Part shown: piece by piece, positions 40,185-49,764 of the stretch
Layout of the letters: the number at the start of each line of letters is the position of its first letter
Position numbering within the stretch: position 1 is the stretch's first letter
Assembly (NCBI GenBank): GCA_020060765.1
Contig: JAGUZQ010000032.1
Span: 5,750 to 69,749, forward strand
DNA: 64,000 nt
Origin: Planctomycetota bacterium
Lineage (GTDB): Bacteria; Planctomycetota; SZUA-567
Direction: 5' to 3'
Translations under genes and position numbers: made by a program
Notes under the pieces: model-generated
The model's database searches: none
What the model was told of the DNA's origin: nothing
What the model saw: only the letters and a program-made list of their open reading frames with translations

Positions 40185-41966
40185 TTATTCCTGCGGTTTC
40201 ATCATCAGCCAGACCTTGCCCATCGCCGCTCCGGCCAGGAAAATCGCTCCCGCTGCCGTAATCCAAATATGCTGTATCCACAACCCTGGCGGCTGGTCGG
40301 GGAAGGCAATGTTAGACACCGCCTTGGCCGCCGCCGCAAACGGGTTCAGCGACAGAAAAAACGTCACCAGCCAGCCCGGCAGATTGTCGGAAATGAAATA
40401 CGGCACCAGCGTCCCCACCGCGAAAAACATCAGCACGCCGTAAGCGATTGCCGTCGCGGTCGAGGAATTGCGGCAGAATGCGCTTGCGCAGGTTCCCAGC
40501 GACGTCGCAAACAGCATCGCCATCACCACCACCCCGAACGCCGCGCCCATCCCCCAGAAGAAATCAGGCTTAACCTGCGACAAGGCCGCCCAGCCCTCGC
40601 CGAACTGGAAATTGAAGGGGCGAACCAGATTCAGACCCTTGCTGATATATTCCATATCCTGCGGCGAACTGGAGACGTAGGCCAGTACGAAAAAAGTAGG
40701 CAGGGTGCTGATAATCAGCAGGGCGGTGAAGAACCATGCCACCTGCATCTTGCCCATGATCAGTTTCCACGGGCTGACCAGTGTCGCGCGCAGCATGTCG
40801 AAGATGCCGCTTTCGCGCTCCCCCGTCACCGCCGTCGCCGTCAGCACCGGCGACAGCAGAATAATGATCGCCAGCGGTATCGAGACGCAGGTGAAAACGA
40901 TAGTATCGATACCGATAAAACTCATCTGCGTCAGCGGCAGGAACGCCATGACCAGCGACAGGCCAAAGCTGATGAAGAAACTCCGCAGCAGCCATTCCGC
41001 CCGCCCGAACGCCTTGCACCGCATTTCCTTCACCGCGATTACGTTGAACAGCGGGCTGATCATCCGTTTCCGCTTGCGCGGGTCGATCAGGTAGAAGGGG
41101 AATTTCAGTTTGCGGGTTTTCAATTGTTTCTGGTCTTCGATCAAAACCGTGTCTTTGCGTTTTTTCGGTTGCGGCGGATGGGCGACTACGCTCAACGTCT
41201 GCGCCAGCAACACCACTCCCCCGCTTCCCGCCAGAATCAGGAAAACCCACATCCCGTCGGCGAACTGCCCGAAGGTTCCCGGCTGCACCGGATGCTCGCC
41301 CGCAAACATCGCCGGGTAAACCACCGACGTCATCGCCGCGAAGGGACTGAGACCCCGGATTAAATGGATGAAATGCACCGACTCCGCCCATTGCCCCAGA
41401 ATCACCGACGGCACCCAGGTTGCGCCGCCGATGGCAATAATTAAGATGTAACAGGTGATGAGAGAACGGTAACTGTTGCGCATCCGCGCCGAACAGTAAA
41501 GCCCCATCAGCCCGAAAAAAACCGCCGCCGCCGTCACCAACAGATAGACTTTCAGTATCTCCCCGAACGTCACCCCGCCCAGTACGTAACACGCGCCCAT
41601 CATCGGGGCGCTCGCGAAAATCAGCAGCATCACGAACCCCACCCCCGACACCAGCTTGCCCAGCACGATTTCGTCGGGGCGCAGCATAGTGTCGTACAGC
41701 AGGTCGTAGGTCTCGCGTTCCTTTTCCACGGTAATCGAAACCGCGGTGAAGCTGGGCGCGCACAGCGACACCAGCGCGAGGAACCCCATGCTCAGGATGA
41801 TGAAAAGCTTGTGGCTGTTCTGCGCGGCGAGGGAAAACACCCCTTCGGCAGGCCACATCAACATCACCAGTCCCGCCAGCACACCCAGAAAGACCAGCGC
41901 CAGCGCCACCGCGCGCTTGGTGCGGAGGCTCGTGATGAATTCCCTTTTCAATACCGGGTTATTCAC
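40185..41966 (-). CDS. ABC-2-type transporter permease (about 12 TM, 593 aa)
   Basis: Highly hydrophobic multi-TM profile. 8-nt overlap with the upstream ATPase gene. Confidence 0.75.
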   Translation of the reverse strand: MNNPVLKREFITSLRTKRAVALALVFLGVLAGLVMLMWPAEGVFSLAAQNSHKLFIILSMGFLALVSLCAPSFTAVSITVEKERETYDLLYDTMLRPDEIVLGKLVSGVGFVMLLIFASAPMMGACYVLGGVTFGEILKVYLLVTAAAVFFGLMGLYCSARMRNSYRSLITCYILIIAIGGATWVPSVILGQWAESVHFIHLIRGLSPFAAMTSVVYPAMFAGEHPVQPGTFGQFADGMWVFLILAGSGGVVLLAQTLSVVAHPPQPKKRKDTVLIEDQKQLKTRKLKFPFYLIDPRKRKRMISPLFNVIAVKEMRCKAFGRAEWLLRSFFISFGLSLVMAFLPLTQMSFIGIDTIVFTCVSIPLAIIILLSPVLTATAVTGERESGIFDMLRATLVSPWKLIMGKMQVAWFFTALLIISTLPTFFVLAYVSSSPQDMEYISKGLNLVRPFNFQFGEGWAALSQVKPDFFWGMGAAFGVVVMAMLFATSLGTCASAFCRNSSTATAIAYGVLMFFAVGTLVPYFISDNLPGWLVTFFLSLNPFAAAAKAVSNIAFPDQPPGLWIQHIWITAAGAIFLAGAAMGKVWLMMKPQE

Positions 41967-42960
41967 TGTTTTTCCTCGTCACCCGTTTCTTTTTCGCAGG
42001 AGCCACGGTCAGAGCGCGCGCGCCCGCCGCCGCGCCGTCGGTGACTTTCATGAATGCCTCTTCCAGATCGCTTTCGACTTCGCGGAACCACACCACTTTA
42101 ACATTTTTGGAAATGAAAAAGCGCAATATCTTGGACACTTCCGTGTCGGCACCGCCTAGTTCGAAATGCAGAATATCGTCAAACACTTCCGGCTTCTGCA
42201 CGTGCCCGGCTCTGGCCAGGCTTTGCGCCAGCGCCAGCACCGGCGGCGCGGCGCCGAGAAAGTGCATCTCCACCATCCGGTTGGGTCTGACCTTGCGCAT
42301 GATCTCCGCCACCGTGCCGAACGCCAGCATCTCCCCGCGTTCGATAATTCCCACCTTGTCGCAGATGGAGGCCAGTTCCGGCAGGATGTGGCTGCTGACC
42401 AGCACAGTCTTGCCCAGGGCGGCCAGGTCGCGGATGAGATTGCGCATATCGATGCGGGCGCGCGGATCGAGGCCGTTAGCGGGTTCGTCCAGAAAGATAA
42501 CTTTGGGATCGTGCATCAGGGTCTTGGCAATGCCGATGCGCTGGCGCATGCCGCGCGAAAGCGTGTCGACGAAATAGTCGCGCATGGTTTCACTGCGGGT
42601 AATTTCCAGCACCGAGTCGATCCGCTTTTTGCGTTCCGGCCGCGGGATTTTGAAACACGCGCCGAAGAAGTCGAGGTATTCCCACACCCGCATTTCGTCG
42701 TACACACCGAAAGCGTCGGGCATGAAGCCGGTCAGCTTGCGAATGGCCTTGGGGTTTTTCGAAACGTCGTGGCCGCCGACCATGGCGCTCCCGCTGGTCG
42801 GTATGAGCAACCCGCAGAGAATGCGGATAGTGGTGGTTTTGCCCGCGCCGTTAGGGCCAATGTAGCCGAATACCTCGCCTTCTCCGATCGAAATCGAAAG
42901 GTTGTTGAGCGCGATAAAATCGCCGGCGTAACGCTTGGTCAGATTTTTGGTCTCGATCAT
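41959..42960 (-). CDS. ABC transporter ATP-binding protein
   Basis: GPNGAGKTT, LSRGMRQR, FLDEPANGLD, SSHIL, plus a ~90-aa C-terminal extension. Confidence 0.92.
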   Translation of the reverse strand: MIETKNLTKRYAGDFIALNNLSISIGEGEVFGYIGPNGAGKTTTIRILCGLLIPTSGSAMVGGHDVSKNPKAIRKLTGFMPDAFGVYDEMRVWEYLDFFGACFKIPRPERKKRIDSVLEITRSETMRDYFVDTLSRGMRQRIGIAKTLMHDPKVIFLDEPANGLDPRARIDMRNLIRDLAALGKTVLVSSHILPELASICDKVGIIERGEMLAFGTVAEIMRKVRPNRMVEMHFLGAAPPVLALAQSLARAGHVQKPEVFDDILHFELGGADTEVSKILRFFISKNVKVVWFREVESDLEEAFMKVTDGAAAGARALTVAPAKKKRVTRKNSE

Positions 42961-45740
42961 CGGCCGCTTCCTTCCACTTCCACGTCGAAAATATTTATGC
43001 GGTATTTCACGTCGCCGGACTGGAGCGAACCGGGCGGCAGCATGAAGCGTAATTCAAATTCCGGCAGTTCCCCGTTCTGGCCCAGATATTTTTTCAGGTT
43101 GTTCCCGGACAGGGATAAGCGGCATTTCCCGTCCTCGATTTTTGCGCCCGGCAGAATCTCAAATTGCGTCATGTCTTCCGGATCGCCCGAGGGTTTGCGG
43201 ATTCTCAGCGACGCCTCCAGCCCGATCAGCTCCACCTCCAGCAACGCGGTGACTGTCTCAATTTTCAGTTCGCGCAGTTCCGGCGGCAAATCGAAACCGA
43301 CCCGCACCGGCATATGCGAAATTCCCGGTTTCCAGCCGGTCGGAGAGTGCCGCTCCTCTTTTTTCCGTTCTGGCGACGCTTTGCCGTTTTCGGATTCATT
43401 TTTGCTTACGGCGGGTTTTTTGTTTACAGGTTTCCCGGCATTGCCCAGCGGCAGATCGATGTTATCGAAAGACTGCGGACTGTTCGCGTCTCCGTACGCC
43501 ATGCGGTTGCCGCCTCTCAGCATCCGCAATCCGCACACCCCTGCCGGAATTTTCATCTTGCCGGTCTGGAGGGAAATTTCTCCCGCCGAAACCGCCAGCA
43601 GTTGCAAGGCGCGTTTGCGCGTCTCCCGTCCGGCGACTTCCACCGGCGCTTTCGGCGTTTCCGCCCAGCCGTAAAAGGCAACCGGCCAGGAAAAATTCCG
43701 CCGCGCCATCATGGCTCCGCGCGGGGGCAGCCGCAAAGCCTCGGCCAGAATTTTCCGGCGCAGCAGATCTTCGTCCGATCGGGCGAAGTCGCTGTTGCCC
43801 AACTTCCAGGAAAGCTCGCAATTTTCCAGTTTCACCTTTTTCCCCGGCGTCAAATCTCCCAGCCGTACCGTCCGCCGGTTCAAACGCAGAATGCAATCGC
43901 GCAGCTCCACGCCAGTGTTGTTACGCACTTCTCCGCATACTCCCGCCAAGTTGTAGCCAACCACCAGCTCCACGCCGTCGCCAAATTTTACTGGATGACT
44001 CGCACGGCAAAGATGCAGTTCCTTGCGGTTAAGCCTCATGCCGTCGAATGAAAACAGGTCGTCTTCCCGCACCGGCAAAATTCCGCCGATGGATTTTCCT
44101 TCTCCGCTCCAGCGGGGTAGAGCCGTTGCCAGAGCCTCTCGGTCGGTCCATTTGATATCCTGCTCCAACGATTCGTGCGAGAACAGGCCGACGAAATTTT
44201 TTCCCTCGCCGGAGCCTTCGCCGCTGTTCAACGAGGCCACGCCCAATTCTCCCTGTACGAACCCTATCTGTTTGCCCGCCGCGGATTCGATAATGAAAAT
44301 TATTCCCACCGCCGCCGCCGCCAGCACCAGCATCACCGGCCACGCCAATTCCGTCCGCCGCTTCCAGCGGAACAACGCCAGCATCGCCGCCGCCAGGAAA
44401 AAATATCCTCCCAGCGTAAGGGCGATCAGCGTCCGGTTCGGCGCCGGGATGCCGACGATATTCCCCAGGAAAGCAGCCGCATCCGGCGCGATGAAATTTT
44501 CCACTCCCGGCAAGGCGGAACTCGGCTGGTCAAAAATTTTCGCCCACAGCTTGGGCGCGCCGCTCCATTTTTCCAGCGCGCCGCCTGTCACAGCCAGAAA
44601 CCAGACCGTGCCGCTGCCGACCGCGCGCCGAGCCAGCACCACGTTTTCACCCGCTGCCAGCACCGCCTCACCCTGACCCGGCAAGGCATAAGCCATTTGC
44701 GGCTGCCGGGCGGGATCGCAGGGAATATCCCCGCCAAACATTTTTCCCAATGCCTTGAATGCGGGTTCCGCCTCGCCTTGGCCGTAGACCCGCACCGGCA
44801 GCAGTTTCTGCCAGAAAGGATCAGCGTAGCTTTCCGGATCGCTCGACGGCAACACCACCAGCGTCCGGCCGCCGCGCACATAACTTGCCAGCGCTTCCTG
44901 CTGTTGTGACGACATTCCGCCCCGGTCGAGCGCCGAGCGCAGACTGCCGATAACCAGGGCGTCAAAAACTTTCAGCGCAAACGGATTGTCGGGTAATTCC
45001 CGACCGAGGATGCCGGTTTTTTCAAACAAACCGTTTTCCTCCGCTTCGCACGGGAGGTTTTCATTGACGAAGGCAAAGCTGCCTTCGGGATCCTTGCCGT
45101 TAATCAGATCATGATCGCAACTGCGTTCGCCCAGCACGAACGGCAACCCGGCGCGGGAATAAACCGTGTCCGTCTTCTCCATAAGTTTGAGGTCGTCGAC
45201 GACTCCCACCTGGAACGCGCCCGGATGCAGCGGCATTCCGAAAAAATTATTGGCATTTTTTGAAGTCTGGCCGGTTTCAACAAAAGTCAGGTTGGTCTGG
45301 AGAAAGAATTTCTTTGGCTTGGGCGCGATCCTTTTCATTTCGGTGCCATCGGCGAAAACAGCTTTTTTTTCCTCTTCGTCAAACGCCGACAGCAGCACCC
45401 GCGCCGGAAAATCCATTCGGATCAACTGGCATACTTCCCGCTCGCTTTTCGGCGGAAGATATACCTGTTTTACAAAACTCACTTTTTCCCTGCCCAGAGG
45501 CGCGGTGTCAAAGGAAATCACGACAGCCACCCGTCGAGCCTGGTCTCCGGGATTTTCTATCTGACTGACGAGAGGACACCATTGGCCGTTGGCGATGCGC
45601 TGGCCGAAGACAAGGCGGGAGGAAATTATTTTCGGTTCGCGGTCTTCGGCTCCAACCGCGCCTGTCAGGCAAACCAGCAACGCCGCCGACAACAGCCGGA
45701 GCAACGACCTGTTATTTCCGCCTGACTGGAAGTGGGTCAT
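42957..45740 (-). CDS. large signal-anchored accessory protein of ABC module 1 (927 aa)
   Basis: Signal peptide, a mid-protein TM pair (LIALTLGGYFFLAAAMLALF / AWPVMLVLAAAAVGIIFII), and a 4-nt overlap with the ATPase gene. No catalytic motif. Confidence 0.7.
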   Translation of the reverse strand: MTHFQSGGNNRSLLRLLSAALLVCLTGAVGAEDREPKIISSRLVFGQRIANGQWCPLVSQIENPGDQARRVAVVISFDTAPLGREKVSFVKQVYLPPKSEREVCQLIRMDFPARVLLSAFDEEEKKAVFADGTEMKRIAPKPKKFFLQTNLTFVETGQTSKNANNFFGMPLHPGAFQVGVVDDLKLMEKTDTVYSRAGLPFVLGERSCDHDLINGKDPEGSFAFVNENLPCEAEENGLFEKTGILGRELPDNPFALKVFDALVIGSLRSALDRGGMSSQQQEALASYVRGGRTLVVLPSSDPESYADPFWQKLLPVRVYGQGEAEPAFKALGKMFGGDIPCDPARQPQMAYALPGQGEAVLAAGENVVLARRAVGSGTVWFLAVTGGALEKWSGAPKLWAKIFDQPSSALPGVENFIAPDAAAFLGNIVGIPAPNRTLIALTLGGYFFLAAAMLALFRWKRRTELAWPVMLVLAAAAVGIIFIIESAAGKQIGFVQGELGVASLNSGEGSGEGKNFVGLFSHESLEQDIKWTDREALATALPRWSGEGKSIGGILPVREDDLFSFDGMRLNRKELHLCRASHPVKFGDGVELVVGYNLAGVCGEVRNNTGVELRDCILRLNRRTVRLGDLTPGKKVKLENCELSWKLGNSDFARSDEDLLRRKILAEALRLPPRGAMMARRNFSWPVAFYGWAETPKAPVEVAGRETRKRALQLLAVSAGEISLQTGKMKIPAGVCGLRMLRGGNRMAYGDANSPQSFDNIDLPLGNAGKPVNKKPAVSKNESENGKASPERKKEERHSPTGWKPGISHMPVRVGFDLPPELRELKIETVTALLEVELIGLEASLRIRKPSGDPEDMTQFEILPGAKIEDGKCRLSLSGNNLKKYLGQNGELPEFELRFMLPPGSLQSGDVKYRINIFDVEVEGSGR

Positions 45741-45950
45741 TTAGCCACCAGAACACGTGTTTGCGCGAAAACAAACCGGCAAACCTTTGCCGAATAATGT
45801 TCTCTGTCAAAATAAGACCGAAAAGCACTAAAATATTTTACAGGTTATCCTCTTTTAAGCAAGAGACGAATGCGTCTGCCTGCCAGGTTTCCATATATAG
45901 TTGAAAAAACTTGACACCTCCGGCGTGACGTGATAGCTGTTTTGTATAAA

Positions 45951-46224
45951 GGGACTAAGGAACGCGTCCCGTAAAAAAGTAAACAATCGTGAAGCAGCAA
46001 TATTCTCCCCCTCCCAGGGGGAGTTAGAGGGGGTGAAAGGGAAATGGCTCTCACCCCTCCTAACCTCCCCTGGAAGGGGAGTAACTTTTTGTTCACTCAT
46101 TTTGCGGAAAAAAAAATTCTTTGCCGATGCGGGAGTAATATTTTCTGAATGCAAAAAACTTATGGTGCGCAAGGAAATCTTCAACCAGAACCTTAGTCCC
46201 CTAGTCCCTTAGAGCCTTAGTCCC
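45951..46224. repeat. composite MITE-like intergenic element with GGGACTAAGG / CCTTAGTCCC termini
   Basis: GGGACTAAGG at 45951-45960. The 34-nt block CCTTAGTCCCCTAGTCCCTTAGAGCCTTAGTCCC at 46191-46224 is identical to 63638-63671. The inner imperfect palindrome at 46006-46082 is built from CTCCCC/GGGGAG hairpins. Confidence 0.6.
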
Positions 46225-46250
46225 CAAATCTTAAACAGAAAGGACTCCCT

Positions 46251-47228
46251 ATGAATTTCCCCGGTTTTGTCGATCTGCAGGTCAACGGTTATCTTAACGC
46301 GGATTTTTCGAACGAAAAATGTACAGAAAAAAGCGTGATCGACGCCAGCCGTAAATTGCTGGCGCACGGCACCGCCGCATTCTTGCCTACAGTCATCACC
46401 AGTTCAGAGGAAAATTACCGCCGCAACTTGCCGATTGTCGCCAAAGTAATGCAGCGCGACGAATTCAAGGGCAGGATTCTCGGCATCCATGTCGAAGGCC
46501 CGTTTATTTCGCCTAAGCCCGGCGCAGTCGGCGCGCACAACCCCGCCTGGGTCAAAGCTCCCGATATTGCTTTTTTTGATCAGATGCAGGAGTGGGCGCA
46601 AGGCAACATCAAGCTCATGACCATTGCCGCCGAAAACGAAGGCGCAGCCGAACTGGCGGAACATGCTCTTGCCCGGGGCGTAACCGTATCGCTGGGTCAT
46701 CAGTGGGCGGAGGAAAAAGATTTACAGCTTCTTGCCTCGGCGGGAGCCAAAGCCCTGACCCATTTCGGTAACGGCATCCCCAACATGATCCCGCGCCATC
46801 CAAATCCGCTGTGGGCAGGGTTGGCGGAGGAACGGCTGACCGCTATGATGATCGGCGATGGTCACCATCTCCCGCCGCAAGTGCTAAAGGCGACTATCTT
46901 GGCCAAGGGTCTGGACAATGTCGTTATTGTCAGCGACGCCAGCCCCCTGGCGGGAATGCCTCCCGGACGTTACGAGACTCTGGGCAATCTTGCAGTATTG
47001 GAGGAAAACGGTTATCTGCACAATCCGGAAAAGCAATGTCTGGTCGGTTCGTCGGCGACGATTCTGGAATGCGTGAATTATTTGGACTCGCTTGGTTTCT
47101 GGAGCGTGGAAGCTCTGCGCAAACTGGCGTTTTACAATCCGCTGAAACTGATCGGCATTTCACCCGACAAAGTTTCGCAGGAACCAATGTTGAGTTACGA
47201 AAAAGGCAAAGGATTTAAGATATTGTAA
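46251..47228 (+). CDS. N-acetylglucosamine-6-phosphate deacetylase-like amidohydrolase (short form)
   Basis: Begins at the metal-binding strand (PGFVDLQVNGY). Also IHVEGPF, SLGH, THFGNG, DGHH. Lacks the ~50-aa N-terminal beta-sandwich of E. coli NagA. Confidence 0.8.
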   Translation: MNFPGFVDLQVNGYLNADFSNEKCTEKSVIDASRKLLAHGTAAFLPTVITSSEENYRRNLPIVAKVMQRDEFKGRILGIHVEGPFISPKPGAVGAHNPAWVKAPDIAFFDQMQEWAQGNIKLMTIAAENEGAAELAEHALARGVTVSLGHQWAEEKDLQLLASAGAKALTHFGNGIPNMIPRHPNPLWAGLAEERLTAMMIGDGHHLPPQVLKATILAKGLDNVVIVSDASPLAGMPPGRYETLGNLAVLEENGYLHNPEKQCLVGSSATILECVNYLDSLGFWSVEALRKLAFYNPLKLIGISPDKVSQEPMLSYEKGKGFKIL

Positions 47229-47237
47229 TCCTCGCAA

Positions 47238-48671
47238 TCATTTAAAAATCACGGCAGGGCCGACCGGCGCAAGCCCTGTCGTGATGTAACTGTTGTGCAT
47301 CACATCTTTTTCCCGATACGCAAATTTCCAGATGCGAGTCACGAGTTGTTCCCGGATTTCGTTGTATTCGGGAAGACGCGCCAGGTTTTTCATTTCGTGC
47401 GGATCGTTTTCCAAATCGTACAGTTCGTCCCAGTCAAACCCGTTGTAAGTGTATTTCCATTTTTTCGTCGTAATCGACCGCTGCATGGCATACAATTCCA
47501 CGCCGTTACACTGGGTGAAAATCTCTTCGCGCCAGTCTTGGGGTTTCCCTTCGCGGAAAAATGGCGCAAAGCTTTTTCCCGTCAATTCCTCTTTCGGTGT
47601 GACGCCTGCCAAATCCGCGAAAGTCGGCCCAAAATCAGCCAGCGATATAAACGCGTTTTCCCGGCGGCCGGGATTAGCAATCCCCTGCGGCCAGCGCATT
47701 ACCGCTGGTACGTGGTAAGCTCCCCTGAAACACGGAATCCCCTTGGCAAACAAGCCGTGGTCACCGCAATAATCGCCGTGGTCTGCGGTGTAAATAACCA
47801 GCGTGTTGTCGGCCTGCCCGGTTTCCTCCAGCCCTTGCAATATCTGTCCGAACTGGTAATCAAGATAAGTGCAATAGGCGCGAAAGTGACGAATGGATTC
47901 GCGCACCTCCCTTTCGCTCAACTGGTCGAAAATCTGCCGCCGCATCCGTTGATAGAGATGGGGCTTGTCTTCCAGATCGTCGGCGTAATTTTCCGGCAGT
48001 TCTATGTCGTCGATATCGTACATGTCGAGAAATTGTTGCGGGACGAAATACGGGTCATGCGGGCCGATCAAACCGACATAAAGACACCACGGCTTGTCCG
48101 CGTTTTTCAATTGCCGGAGCGCTTCCAGTCCGCCCTTGACCGTTCGCACGTCGTGATGTTCCGGAGAAGGCTCCATTACACCGTAAGCGGTGTAATCTCC
48201 GTACCCCGGTCGCAGAATCATGCCTTCTCCGCGTTCGGTAACCACTGGACGTTTGGCCAATTCCTGATAGTTGTCCCAACGTCGGGGGTAATATTCACAG
48301 GCAGAGACAAAATTTTCAATACATCCCCTGTCCTTTGGAGTTTCGGTCATCGACACATGCCATTTCCCCGACCAATGTTGTTCATAACCGCCTTCGCGCA
48401 ACCAGTCGTGCCAGGTTTCTATGCCTTCGTTCAAGCCGATGCTCAATGCCTGTTCGTTGCTTATGTTGTTCCAGACCCCGTGACGGGAAGGATACAACCC
48501 GGTCATGAAAGTGGCGCGCGAGGGGCAGCAGTGCGGAGTAGGGCAGAAAGCTTCGGTAAAGGTGATTCCTTCTTTCGCCAATTTGTCGATATTGGGCGTA
48601 AGGGTGTTTTCTCCGACAGTGTCGCCGCGCTGGTGATCGGTCATGAAAATCAGAATATTCGGGCGTGTCAT
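47238..48671 (-). CDS. sulfatase (formylglycine-dependent), no signal peptide
   Basis: NILIFMTDHQRGD and CCPSRATFMTG (C-x-P-x-R). Confidence 0.9.
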   Translation of the reverse strand: MTRPNILIFMTDHQRGDTVGENTLTPNIDKLAKEGITFTEAFCPTPHCCPSRATFMTGLYPSRHGVWNNISNEQALSIGLNEGIETWHDWLREGGYEQHWSGKWHVSMTETPKDRGCIENFVSACEYYPRRWDNYQELAKRPVVTERGEGMILRPGYGDYTAYGVMEPSPEHHDVRTVKGGLEALRQLKNADKPWCLYVGLIGPHDPYFVPQQFLDMYDIDDIELPENYADDLEDKPHLYQRMRRQIFDQLSEREVRESIRHFRAYCTYLDYQFGQILQGLEETGQADNTLVIYTADHGDYCGDHGLFAKGIPCFRGAYHVPAVMRWPQGIANPGRRENAFISLADFGPTFADLAGVTPKEELTGKSFAPFFREGKPQDWREEIFTQCNGVELYAMQRSITTKKWKYTYNGFDWDELYDLENDPHEMKNLARLPEYNEIREQLVTRIWKFAYREKDVMHNSYITTGLAPVGPAVIFK

Positions 48672-48775
48672 TTGTCAGCTCCTTAATCCGGCTTGTATAT
48701 TTCGTTATCTTGCTTATACTTTATCCTATAAAATGCTTATATCAATTCGATATATTGCGGAAAGGTTTAGATATC

Positions 48776-49660
48776 TTGCTGTTTGGAAGCCGAAAACTCC
48801 CCCTCGCCTTTTCTCCGCCTCTGACTGATGGGTCGCATGAAGCCATTAGCGATATCCTGCCGCTTCAGTCTGGTCATCAGCTTGAATACGGCTGGCGACG
48901 AAAGATAGACTGGGATAATTCAGGGCGGACGCGCCGCGGTTACAAAAATTATGTCCTGTTCCAGTATACCTTAAAAGGCGGGGTGAACTTCCGGTTTGAA
49001 GGGCGTGAGACCATGGTACATGCGGGACAGGCTTTATTTTTGCCGCTGCCGCACGAGAGCCGCTACTGGCTGCCGGAAGACGGGGAGTGGGAATGGCTTT
49101 GGGTTGCGTTTACTGGCGATACCGCGTTAAAAATTTCTCGGGAGATAGTCAGTCACGCGGGACCTGTTCTCGACATTGGCAGATCTGAATTACCGATCCG
49201 TCTTTTGCAGCAGATTTTTGCCGAAGCCTGCGACGGAGAATCCCCTTCGCCATTTCACACTTCCGCGCTGCTTTACCGTTTCCTGATGGAACTTTCGCGG
49301 ATGTTTCTTGACCGGCAACCTGCTTATCCCCCGGCGGTTTCCCGCGCGCTGGCGGAGTTTCGCCAACGTCCGGAAGACCCTGATTGGAATCTTGACACTC
49401 TCGCCCAGGCGGCGGGATTATCCAAGTATCATTTCGCCCGGCTTTTCCGGCAGACAGTCGGACTGACACCGGGAAATTATCTGACCGAAAGCCGCATGAA
49501 GCGCGCGATGGAACTGCTTTCCTTTACGCAATTGCCGATCAAACAGATAGCAGCGCTGTCGGGATTCAGAGGCCACACCTATTTCTGCGCCGCTTTCAAA
49601 AAACATTACGGGTATTCTCCCGGTGCCTGCCGATACACAACAAATATCAGTTCGAAATAA
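48776..49660 (+). CDS. AraC-family transcriptional regulator
   Basis: C-terminal HTH pair (LDTLAQAAGLSKYHFARLF..IKQIAALSGFRGHTYFCAAFKKHYGYSPG). The start is uncertain: the ORF opens at 48665, which would overlap the divergent sulfatase gene, and the first plausible in-frame start is a TTG at 48776. Confidence 0.75.
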   Translation: MLFGSRKLPLAFSPPLTDGSHEAISDILPLQSGHQLEYGWRRKIDWDNSGRTRRGYKNYVLFQYTLKGGVNFRFEGRETMVHAGQALFLPLPHESRYWLPEDGEWEWLWVAFTGDTALKISREIVSHAGPVLDIGRSELPIRLLQQIFAEACDGESPSPFHTSALLYRFLMELSRMFLDRQPAYPPAVSRALAEFRQRPEDPDWNLDTLAQAAGLSKYHFARLFRQTVGLTPGNYLTESRMKRAMELLSFTQLPIKQIAALSGFRGHTYFCAAFKKHYGYSPGACRYTTNISSK

Positions 49661-49764
49661 TTCATGCCCGCGGTTTTTCATCTTGGTATAACCCTTTGCG
49701 CCTTGACACACCGACTGTCCAGGCGATATGATTCTTACCTGAACGGCATCGTCGGGAGACAATT

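Noticed and set aside
42166-43674. 502-aa + strand ORF. Similar long ORFs lie at 40269-41363, 40570-41856, 43164-44051 and 44175-44909.
   Set aside because: All are antisense or out of frame to the ABC module genes. Their composition is biased and they have no motifs, so they are shadow ORFs.
45845-46184. 83-aa and 109-aa minus-strand ORFs in the 510-bp intergenic region
   Set aside because: They are composed of the CTCCCC/GGGGAG and GGGACTAAGG repeat units. They have no RBS and no coding-like composition.
47295-48686. 463-aa + strand ORF opposite the sulfatase gene
   Set aside because: The minus-strand frame carries the complete sulfatase signature, and the + frame has no recognisable features.
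48665-48775. Extended N-terminus of the AraC regulator from the ORF-track start
   Set aside because: It would overlap the divergent sulfatase start codon and leave no promoter space. The translated segment is hydrophobic junk from an AT-rich intergenic region, so I prefer a downstream start (the exact codon is unresolved).
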